From contig CM097888.1 of assembly GCA_044892525.1 (NCBI GenBank), positions 69,874,001 to 69,938,000 of the forward strand: 64,000 bases of DNA, given 5' to 3'. The notes beneath the pieces are model-generated. The model saw nothing but the letters and a program-made list of their open reading frames with translations, had not been told where the DNA came from and did not search any database. Position numbers and translations under genes: made by a program. Source of the stretch: Schmidtea polychroa (Eukaryota). The first letter of the stretch is position 1. Each line of letters begins with the position of its first letter. Positions 32,101 to 41,243 of this stretch are shown one piece after another.

Positions 32101-33875
32101 ATATCTTCGTCTTCACTTTCACTGGTTATCTCGCTTTCGCTTTCTTCCTCTTTGATTTCCCCTTTTGGAGGTTCGCTTATTTCATTCAGCTGTAGTATTT
32201 CTCCACCCAAACTACTTACATAGTCTTCTTCTTCGTCTGACGATGCTACATCTTTTGTCCTTTTCATCATATTGATTTGCAAGTTTCTCATCCTTGGTAC
32301 TCTCTTTAGTTTCTTTCTTTCGAATATTGTTGTTTCTTCTGATTCCAATTCTTGTAGCATTTGGTGGTTTAGTTGACTGGTTTGTTCCTTGCTCTTGTTA
32401 TTTTCATCTTCTGTCTCGGCTTTCGCTTTATTATGTTCTTTTTCGATTTTATCTTTTATCTTTTTCCAGAATATTTTCTGAATTCTCTGGTTTCCTTTTA
32501 AAATCGTGGTTGAATTCTCTGTTTTCATTTCCGTTGTTGTTTCTGTTACCTTTTCTGGTTCAGTCATGGGTGCTACCCTTGGGTTTTTCCCGCAATTGTA
32601 GCAATACTGGCTTTTCATGTCTTTTACTAACTTCATCATATTAATTCGCAATGGTTGTTCTTGTCGTTGTTGGTTGCGTTCTTGTTTTATCCTCTCTTCC
32701 TCGGCCTGTAGTCTTTGCCATTCTTGTACATGTTGATGCACTTCATAATTGTTGAGATTTTCGGTACTCCTCATCATACGTATGTTCTGGGTTTGTTGTG
32801 GTGCTGGTTCTTGTCTTGGTCTCATCATTTGTTGCATCATCTGTTTCATCTGCGAGATTTCCTGCATAACGTTCATTTGTTTTCCTTCGCTAGGGTTACT
32901 TTGTCGTTGCGGATTCGCCATATAATTATTATTTCGCTGTGGTGGTCGTTGTTGTTGGCCCCTTTCTCGGCAATCTCTGGAGATGTGACCTGGCTGACCA
33001 CAGTTAAAACAACCTCTCAATTGGCATACATTTTCGGTATGTCCACGCCGTCCGCAACGATTACAATTTGAATTTCTATAACAATCTCTGTCCCAGTGTC
33101 CTGGTTTACCGCATGTTCGGCACTGCTTGTTATCGTTCATATTTCGTCGATTACTAAAATTGTTCTCATTATTCAGGTTGTTACGATTACCATTATTCCC
33201 ATTTGATCGTCCTTGTGGTGGTTTGAAAATTTGGTGCGCTCCTGGTATAAATTGATTCATTTTCGGTTCTTGATTGTTGTTATCTCCGTTATCCGCTTTC
33301 GCTATTGCTGTCGCTATCCTCCCATCTTCTTGCATAATATTCATTTGGGCTGGAAGGTGGAGCTCGCATCTTGTAGCCCAATCTATGGCTTCCTCTAATG
33401 TTTTGCACATTTGACAACCTACTGAGGCTCTTACTTCTTCTCGGCGTAATCCCTCTATGAAATAACCGATCAGATTTTCTTCGGGTAATTTTCCATTCAT
33501 TGCTTTCTTCGCTAATCTCCGCAATTCACTGGCATATAATGTTATCGATTCGTTCGCTCTTTGTTTCCTATTTGCTAGTTCGCCCAACGCCTGGTTGATT
33601 GGCTTACTGGCTCCGAAGGTTTTCTTCAGGAATGTTTTGATATCTTCCCACTTTTCTAATTTCGTATCTCTCTCTTTAGCTTCTAAATATACTTCTAATG
33701 CGCTATCGCACAAAAACAACGGCATCCTTTTACTAATTGCTTCGGGTGTCCATCCACACACCGTGATATAAACTTCAAAATTAGTTATGAACGTTGCTAG
33801 CTTGTTTGCATTTCCGTTGAACGGTTCTCCTCTGAACTTCTCTTTATACTCGTCGGTTTTTACGATATTCGTCAT
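29160..33875 (-). CDS. gag: Extended Gag polyprotein (1,571 aa): capsid, 3 CCHC zinc knuckles, long extension with 3 ubiquitin-like domains
   Basis: Ty3-type capsid motifs (FNGNANKLATFITNFE; KQRANESITLYASELRRLA; FIEGL). Knuckles CRTCGKPGHWDRDC, CNRCGRRGHTENVC and CFNCGQPGHISRDC. Confidence 0.92.
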   Translation of the reverse strand: MTNIVKTDEYKEKFRGEPFNGNANKLATFITNFEVYITVCGWTPEAISKRMPLFLCDSALEVYLEAKERDTKLEKWEDIKTFLKKTFGASKPINQALGELANRKQRANESITLYASELRRLAKKAMNGKLPEENLIGYFIEGLRREEVRASVGCQMCKTLEEAIDWATRCELHLPAQMNIMQEDGRIATAIAKADNGDNNNQEPKMNQFIPGAHQIFKPPQGRSNGNNGNRNNLNNENNFSNRRNMNDNKQCRTCGKPGHWDRDCYRNSNCNRCGRRGHTENVCQLRGCFNCGQPGHISRDCRERGQQQRPPQRNNNYMANPQRQSNPSEGKQMNVMQEISQMKQMMQQMMRPRQEPAPQQTQNIRMMRSTENLNNYEVHQHVQEWQRLQAEEERIKQERNQQRQEQPLRINMMKLVKDMKSQYCYNCGKNPRVAPMTEPEKVTETTTEMKTENSTTILKGNQRIQKIFWKKIKDKIEKEHNKAKAETEDENNKSKEQTSQLNHQMLQELESEETTIFERKKLKRVPRMRNLQINMMKRTKDVASSDEEEDYVSSLGGEILQLNEISEPPKGEIKEEESESEITSESEDEDIEIKLRKEREEAIKQVAEILPVVVRNQEFIDVIPFRRFVQKVMKLERNEKDLIPNEEKSIIKKYMEKMKQADTTRYVIKIGTSRGLERMWIKNTVTDELFDWIREHLGSSRKKEYLYQYQGEQIKPDMHLVDALIWPGETQILKLHKEKQPANLYDWAKDAKAEYDFNIKLKLEQIKQCTLRRNLDKLIKQIQAQVEDNWDLLITRRAPAMYELMSRLRDTEMLRMSDWRTINLIHKYGRLKETQPQRLEITIWLPNEEKRRIKMSNQSTVDDLVSKINQEITEKLRSESSDGMVDDVVMMYDKIILRAEDDTSLSEMGMWDNHQIIRIVPMDEFRTRDVTYQKEIRDRMKTLYQKSTEIIKIHQQWLKEKELQGKITKLSTRSCRRTPWERMWNAETKEWEIRKGIFVETDIGETESESEEEEEEPPEYEEEEREQTSDDESETDVTSESENEARHIHAMRKKEREYADMDGEEAIEAREREEKERYKQLGDILAMGAKNQKRQVVALANIILKTSENIHNLRGMAKAIEEYRQYNEWYPEQLEQIIRKWRNQEWAQDTQERYHIRIKYPDKSIEELEVHPTTKIRELKKKLAYETPFHLQLFGKSLDDNADVGITPMRLEETNVLTMAETLGKPLKRKSKITKPTKGSLSTPSPNKAPSKSNETEEVEEIILEDSDDEPGERSPLLVRWPTGAEMWTNNQPSTSYQQPTKLNIKEIIDNTTETETDEQFQKQREPTKVTPEGQTDKIIDEWNEWLRNNDSSLPRTDNERNPNYENTREAGTMMEKRAKGRPKKQGEKSEFKTKEQLKQEQGQVRLEKLDKIVWDLKEAQPTIERGEKWIRELLKDMLIITNPQLRRLWQRKVASTEARQLWHIVSGIIPKLIKEKTKTTKTDWDETKRVIEQLTTNANDDEHHLVVITYLMFNLMGLAARKIPNKQFANHVEMTVSIIENTIEPHIIRGKDLYKHHEKMSKKGRCKLD

Positions 33876-35239
33876 GATTGGTGTTCTAGATTCGTCTGTT
33901 TCTTTTAAATTGTCTAACGATGTGACTAAACTTTGGGCTGATAATTCCTCGGTTGACGTTGCTAAACTATTAGTGATGTCGGACAGACTTTCTCTGCTTC
34001 GAGATCGACTAGGGGTGTATCCGAGATTTTCTTGATCAAATATAGGTACTTGATTGGTTCTTCTTGATCCTTGTGATATTCCTCTTTGCTGTTTAATAGA
34101 TCGTCCTCTTTTGAGTTGTTGTAATTCGTCTCCTGAAAATAATACGTCTCCTGGCTTACTTGAAGATCTAAGATTGGGTTTATCCGTGATTCCTTTCTTA
34201 CGCTTCTTGGTAATTAGCGGCTATTGAATTGGACGAGTTCGGTTCTGATTGTGTTTCCTTCGATAAATATTCTGTATGAATCTGCTACTGTGATTCTGAG
34301 GAGATTCACTAGTCCTTGACAGATGGCTGCTAATATTATGAGGTTGAATATATCGATGATTCGTTCGAAGTTGGAGATGTCGCTATCTGTATCTTCTTCC
34401 GTTCTGGAGTCTTCCGGTTGCTGTGTCTCTCGGTGCGGGTTCTGAATGGATTTATTCTTGGTCGATTGTCGATTTCTTCGAATTCCTTTTGTGCAGGTTC
34501 TGGATTGTCTTGGTTGACTGGATTGGTTTGATATCTAAAATTAAAAAATGATCTCGTGTTGCATTTGCTTACACGACTTCATCATTCTTTCAACAACGTT
34601 CGAACACAGACACCTTTTAGGTTCTGTTTATGCTTCCCCTATTGTTTATGCAATTACTTCCGCGGGTTATAATTTCCCATCAGCCCGAATTTTTCGTCGA
34701 TTTTAAATTATCTATATGGGGTAGTAACAATTATCTATAAAGTCGTAATAATTATCTATTCGTTATCAATTATAGTAAAAATAGGTCGTTGTCGGTCTCT
34801 GCTTATTACTCCCCTTCGTTTTCCTATTCCTTTTGCGCTGTTGTCGCTATTTTACTTTTCATATTTACTATTATTACACTCGGTTCGACTCTGGGACCAA
34901 TAAAATGCATTTTCCCGGTTTAACCAAAAAAAATATTCCGTAGAGTTTCTCTACTTCACTGGGATCCCTTTAATTAGTTGGTTACTTTCCTCTTTACTCA
35001 TTATCATCGTTTCGCCTATTCTTTATTTTCCATTATCTCTTTAATTCGGTTCCTTCTTCCCTTTCCTTTTTCATTATAATCTTATTATCTTTTCCACGAG
35101 CTCGTTTATTTCCTCTCTAAACTCAAATTTTCGTAATTACATTCAATTTGTTTCTAGCTGGCTTTAATATTCCCTTTCTCTATTAATTCAGATATTAGCT
35201 CATTGTAGCTTAACTGCTATCTCTCGCTTTTCTAGGCCT

Positions 35240-35764
35240 TTACGACTGGCTGGCACTATTCAACAGCTCAATCTTCTTCCTCCTGACCGGTTGGACTATT
35301 CGACAACTCGATCTTACGACTGGCTGGCACTATTCAACAGCTCAATCTTCCTCCTTCTGATCGGTTGGACTATTCGACAACTCGATCTTACGACTGGCTG
35401 GCACTATTCCACAGCTCAATCTTCCTCCTTCTGATCGGTTGGACTATTCGACAACTCGATCTTACGACTGGCTGGCACTATTCAACAGCTCAATCTTCCT
35501 CCTTCTGATCGGTTGGACTATTCGACAACTCGATCTTACGACTGGCTGGCACTATTCCACAGCTCAATCTTCCTCCTTCTGATCGGTTGGACTATTCGAC
35601 AACTCGATCTTACGACTGGCTGGCACTATTCAACAGCTCAATCTTCCTCCTTCTGATCGGTTGGACTATTCGACAACTCGATCTTACTATCTCCGAACTG
35701 GCTGGACTTTTCACAGCTCAGTTTTCGTTTTCCTTGACCGGCTGGACTATTTACAGCTCGGCTT
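35240..35764. repeat. 74-bp tandem repeat in the element leader (6 full units plus 1 degenerate)
   Basis: Copy of 8956-9480. Confidence 0.92.
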
Positions 35765-36324
35765 TAACATTCTTTACTCTGCATGCTTCTACTTCTCTCT
35801 TTCTTCTTTTACTCAAGATTACCATTTTCTCTGTCTATTTTTAATTTGTTGACTTAATCTTTACCGCTCGGAAGTGTGTCCCCTTTCCCCCCTTGCTCAA
35901 AACGCACGACGATCGCGATGATCCATTTCTACATTGGCATGGTGATCAGTCATGCCGTAGAAACTTCTCATCATTTGCGATGGTACCCCGCCCTACGCTC
36001 CTCACTTAGGTTGATCGGTTATCCCCTCCCAATTGGTTTTATCGTATGATAGAACGTACCGCCCTAAGGTGGCTCGGTTTGTACCCTTACAGCCTATATT
36101 GGGACTAATTCCACGTTATTTCGGTTTTCTTTTCGTTTGATTCCAAAACAAAGTTATAAAATAAAATTAAAAGCCATAAATTACTCAGTTCACAACAAAA
36201 ATTTATTCGTCATAGAAATAAAAATTAAAACTTTAATAAAATTTCACACAACAATTACATTTATTCTCATTCAATCGTCAGTATCAATTTGATGTTCATA
36301 GATGTTATTGTATCTGTAACAGTT

Positions 36325-36810
36325 TTATTCACCATAGTAAACCATATGAGTTTCTTTTATCTCATGCCTACATATCGTACATCGTTTTAAATCGTTCACA
36401 CATTCTTCGCAGTGACTGAGGTGTCCACACGGCAAAAACAGTACGCGAATAGGACGAAGTTTACAAGCGCGACAAGTTCGTAGTAGAGTCAGTTTTTCTT
36501 GTATTTTCCGCTCGATTGTATCTGATATGGTATTTAGTGGATCTTTTATACGTTGATAATCAAGATTTAATGCTGGGTGGTTCAATCTCTCTTGATACCA
36601 TTGATACACGGTTTCCGGGTTTACCTTCCCATCTGGGTGACTTAGTCCTGTGGCTAATAACATGTGGTTGGGGACGACTGGTGTTTGCCCGATTGCTTGA
36701 AGTAGTATGATGTTAATTCTTTCTCTTTTTTGTGTCAGCGTTTTAAGGGAGTCATTCTCGATGTTTATGAAGTTGATTAGTTGTTGTATCTGGTCTACGA
36801 ATTCCGTCAT
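36325..36810 (-). CDS. Leader ORF with C-terminal IAP/Mdm2-type C3HC4 RING
   Basis: CRACKLRPIRVLFLPCGHLSHCEECVNDLKRCTICRHEIKETHMVY at the extreme C-terminus. Located between the PBS and gag. Confidence 0.85.
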   Translation of the reverse strand: MTEFVDQIQQLINFINIENDSLKTLTQKRERINIILLQAIGQTPVVPNHMLLATGLSHPDGKVNPETVYQWYQERLNHPALNLDYQRIKDPLNTISDTIERKIQEKLTLLRTCRACKLRPIRVLFLPCGHLSHCEECVNDLKRCTICRHEIKETHMVYYGE

Positions 36811-37108
36811 GTCTATAAAAAAAATGTTTCAGTAATATATGACTTCGTTTCGTCAAACATTCTCTTTTCTAACTCGTTATCATTATTTTACTTTTATCTT
36901 ATTTCTCTATCATTAAATTTGCTTTATTTATATTTTTAATTTTATTATTTTCTATTCGTGATTATAATAAGATTCGATAAGCATTAGTCAATTTGCTCTC
37001 GCTAACCCATTGAAATCACTAACCCCGGTGAGTTCACTCTATTCGACAGAAATTCACTCAATAACATCCCTATCCAGTTTACACTAATCAATGGAAATTT
37101 CAATCTAG

Positions 37109-37126
37109 ATCCCGGCTGAGCCCCCA
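37109..37126 (-). promoter_or_regulatory. Primer-binding site, tRNA-Pro type
   Basis: Minus strand TGGGGGCTCAGCCGGGAT matches the canonical tRNA-Pro PBS TGGGGGCTCGTCCGGGAT at 16/18 positions. It lies 7 nt after the LTR terminal CA. Confidence 0.88.
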
Positions 37127-37133
37127 AAAATTA

Positions 37134-40100
37134 TGTTGCGGGTACACTACTCGGATGACCCTTTTCTAGTGCAGCTTTAGTCTAGAGGATGAATGCCCAC
37201 CTTGATTTCGCCCATCATTTATTTGGTCATCGCCGAGCGGGACCCGTACATAACCTACACTCCAGCATAGCACCCGTGAATTGCTTCACGTTGGAACTGT
37301 GCTATGCCGGCGAGACGCCAGTAAGCAGGTGAGCCAGCTCCTTCGGACTACTCCTTACTGAGGCCTCGACTTCCCAACCCTGACTGCCGATAGAAGGACT
37401 TACGTCTACTCATTCCGTCGCCCCTCGCAATAATTCTAGCTGAGTTTACCAACTGACTAATGCTCCTCATAATTTTATGACTCTCAATGCCATTTACCAA
37501 TTTCAACTCAACTGTCTTAAGGTGAGCACAAAGAAAAAACGTATGCAGACAAAAATGGTTTATTATTAAGGTTATCACACAAATATATCTAACACCTATA
37601 CAATAAAATTCCCGACAACAGGAAAAGAGACAAAGGTAAAAATGTTATCAGACAATGTTCGGGCCATTTCAGAGAACGAAGACTTTTTACGGAGAAATTC
37701 TCATTTCTCCCACTCCGAGTCTGCCAATAGATCTTCCAAATCGAAAAACTCAGAGGCATTTTCCTCCCAGGTAACACCAGCGGCGGAGATGATTCGCCCT
37801 GAGATCACTGATGCTAAATCGATTGCTGCAGGAGGGTTGATGACTTTGATTGGATGATCCGACGATCGCGGGTTCTGTTTGGCGGTTACGCGTTCCCGCT
37901 GTTTCTTTTTGCGTTCGGCTCTCGATAATTGCCGACGCTTTGGTTTCGATGCCGTTGGATTGGTCGGGGGTGCTGCGGAGGTGGATGCTATCGCAGGTAG
38001 CACGTTACTGGTTCCGGTAAAGATGATTTCTGGTTCTTTAGGTGAGAGCTCGGTCTCTACGCACCCATGGCAAGGCTTTCCGACTGGAGAAGAAGACCCG
38101 CCCGAGATATCATGATGCGCTGGGAAGAGATTACCGGCTTCATTACTTGGGATCTTCGCGATCTTCCTTGTAATTGCTGCCTGGACGTATAATTTGTGCA
38201 GCGCCTCCGACTGCTCTTTTATCAGGCTCCTCTGCGCCCGACTCTCGGAAATCAACGCGTCTCTACAGTGCTCGCTTCGGTGCAGCTTCTTCTGAGCCTC
38301 CTTCATCTGGGTGGGACTGAACCATGTCCCCTCTAACTCATCTATCTTTCTTTTGTGCTTTCCGATCTGGGCCTGGAGCTCCTTGATAATTGAATTCTTG
38401 TCGGAGCAAGAAAAACAAGGTCGAAGAACGGTCTTGGAATTTGGCAACATTTGAGTGACTGTGGAAAAAATGGAAAATGAGAATAATTAAATCGACGTGA
38501 GTGTCACCATCTAACCACATTCCGACTTTACTGATCATAGACAAAGATATGGGTTTACTAGTCAAGACAAGTTCTACTGTACGATGGATCCTCATACCTT
38601 TTGGATCTTTAATTGTAAGAGGATAAATCGATCAAACCAAATTTCGTACAAGGAAAGGAAGGTATTACCATTTGTGAGAGAAATTCTAGGTCGATGAAAA
38701 TGATTATTTAGTTAATCCGCTTGCAATCATTATCTCACGTTTACTGAGAGTCGAATTAAATTGTTGACTTTTCCCCCCGAACGAGTGATTTTGATGAGTG
38801 CATCATATACTGGGGTCGAGTGACTATCTATGGAAAAAGGGGTCCATAATGTCCGTTGATCAGTTCCTACCGGATAAACGGAAAGTTATTTAATTTTTTA
38901 ATTATTTATTCATTCTCTCTAATTACTCACATATGTGTTTTACCTGGTTTAAATAATATTCGATATTAATACTAATGATAATTATGTCAAAAATTGAAAT
39001 AATTTCTGTGCCATTCATGCTAAGATAATAAAGAGAGAATAATCATAATTATGATCGGGTTTGGCATTAAAAATTATTGTCTTTATGATAACCGAGCACG
39101 GTATCAATGTGAGCTAGAAGCCGACCATTCCTGCTAGGTAGATAAGGAAATGTCAGCCCGGTGGTTGACTATTAATCCGGAGCGGTGAAATCCGATACCT
39201 GTCGGTAGTTTAATTAGTTAATAGAAATTCCATCTGGTATGTTCAGTCTGATTTTACATGAGTAGGGACGGGTGTGACTTTACCCACTGCGCTTGGCTAC
39301 TGTGTATGTCTGCAACTGGTGACGCATGCAAGGTGCGCTTTCACACACTTAATTATGCTACAAATGTATGTGTTCAATGTTTGCATGATGGCATTTCTCA
39401 GAATTTTATCTACCGCGAAATCGCTCACAGTTCTACTGCATATGATGATGATTTACTAATTCTCACCGGATTATTGGAAAAATTATAATTATCTGTATTG
39501 CAAATGTTGGATATAGCTTGCTCCAAGGGTGGATTTTTCGTCTTTAATTCCTCAAGCCTAGTTTATCAATCTACTCTCTAAGTGCTGGAGGATTTTTTCT
39601 ATCTCTGCTGGATTGCCAACCTCATGTAATACTGGAATTTTGTATTTAACAAGATTATCGGCTAACTTGAAGAAATATATTTTCTTGGTTCGAATTGGTT
39701 GCATTTTTCATTGTTAAATTAGTTGATGCCAATAGTTTATGTAATTAGGATAATTAATTGTATGTAAATTCTTTTATATATAATTCTAAAAATTTATGAT
39801 AGAGAATCATTTTATGTAATTTAAACGTTCATTTGGAACAAACTCGTTTTATGCAATTCTGAATCACTTTTTGGATTAAATCATTTTACATGGTTCTACC
39901 ATTTATTCACAAGCAGTCATTTCGAGTAATCCTAATACTTATCTGAAGCCATCTACTTTGAACTCCCTTGCAACTATGTCTTTAAGAGAACTTTTAGATG
40001 AACGGAATAACAGTTCAGAAGGTCATAGGCTAAAAATTAGTCGGAACAGATTCTGAGTGAAAAATATGAACCTCGAAGATATGTCACAGATAGCCTCACT

Positions 40101-41243
40101 AAGGTTTGAACAATTCTTGACGCACAACTTACATTGATGATGGAGAAAATTTTCTTAGCAAAAACGACATTCAAAAACGATAGTGTGACACCCTCAATCA
40201 CTGCGCGAATACATCAAAATTCTCCGATTCCCTTATTACATATCTTTGTTTTCAATCACTACATGACTATCAATTTTCTGCCACCATTTACCTATAGATT
40301 TTAGTCGCACCTTCAGCAATTGGACCCGTGAAGAAGCCTTCACATTTCGGCCCAATCTAGCTGCGTGATTGAAATACCCTATGTCCACCGGTGGAGCTCC
40401 CGAAGGCACCTCACACCATGACATAGAGTATCTCAACGCCACGTTTCTCGCAAAATTGAATAGTCTCCAATAATAATTCATAAAAATTGATTCGTAAAAG
40501 ATCAATAATTCTTAACGAGCAAATCATTTATTATTAAGCAAATTATTAATTTAAATAAAGCATTCTAAAATCAAACGAAAAGAAAAACCATTTTTCAAAT
40601 TAAAAATATAATTAAACTATACGCATTACTTAAAAATTCAAAATAAGCAATCAAAAATCCTTATCGAATGATTGATACTAGTATGGGCTGAGTCGAAAAG
40701 GGTACTATGTCAAATCAGTTAATGCTTGAATATCGTCTAGTTCTGTAAAAATCTCTTGAATCTTGGAATTGTCCTCGTGAGTTATCGTGCGTTAGTTGCT
40801 GGAGTTCTGTTCTGTCGTAGAATAGATTTACCTATTGAGGTGGTTTGATTAACAGTAGTTGTTATGTTTTTAATGCCTGCTTATATATTAATTTTTTGTT
40901 TGCGCGGACCAATTAGAATTGAGTACCGCTTAATTTTATTAATTTAATTTATTTTCCTTGTTTTTGAGTTATTTCTTCTTATTTTCTTTATTAAAATTAT
41001 GTTTTTATTTATTTTCCTTAATTTTCTTATTATTTACTATATTTTACGTTGTTTTCCGCCATTCTATTGTCCTATTTTAATTTTTTCTCATCTTTATATT
41101 TTTTGTTTTAATTCCTATTTTCTAATTATTGTTTTTCTTATGTTTTATTCTATTTTATTTGTCAATTTATTTGTTTTTATTTTTTATTTTATTTTAGTTA
41201 AGTTTGCCCTAATTTCCCAACTACCCTTCGACTCAGCCCAACA
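37134..41243 (-). repeat. 5' LTR, 4,110 bp
   Basis: The minus strand starts TGTTGGGCTG at 41243 and ends ...CCCGCAACA at 37134, a 5-bp terminal inverted repeat. It is followed by TAATTTT and the PBS. Confidence 0.9.
37701..38450 (-). CDS. LTR-encoded ORF, 249 aa (CxxC, coiled coil, basic NLS-like patch)
   Basis: Longest ORF in the LTR, with PCFSC, a coiled coil and KPKRRQLSRAERKKKQRER. An acceptor-like TTTTTTCCACAG lies 8 nt before the ATG. Confidence 0.6.
   Translation of the reverse strand: MLPNSKTVLRPCFSCSDKNSIIKELQAQIGKHKRKIDELEGTWFSPTQMKEAQKKLHRSEHCRDALISESRAQRSLIKEQSEALHKLYVQAAITRKIAKIPSNEAGNLFPAHHDISGGSSSPVGKPCHGCVETELSPKEPEIIFTGTSNVLPAIASTSAAPPTNPTASKPKRRQLSRAERKKKQRERVTAKQNPRSSDHPIKVINPPAAIDLASVISGRIISAAGVTWEENASEFFDLEDLLADSEWEK

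Larger units (their letters stand above)
10850..41243 (-). mobile_element. Complete giant Ty3/Gypsy-type LTR retroelement (30,394 bp), env-bearing, with accessory genes
   Basis: Two 4,110-bp direct repeats beginning TGTTG and ending CAACA. A PBS lies 7 nt inside the 5' LTR. Gag and PR-RT-RH-IN are in Ty3/Gypsy order. Repeat identity stops abruptly at 41243, where host DNA begins. Confidence 0.93.

Noticed and set aside
74-34035. Numerous 60-146 aa + strand ORFs antisense to gag, pol and accessory genes
   Set aside because: They are F/S/L-rich shadows of the A-rich coding strand with no motifs.
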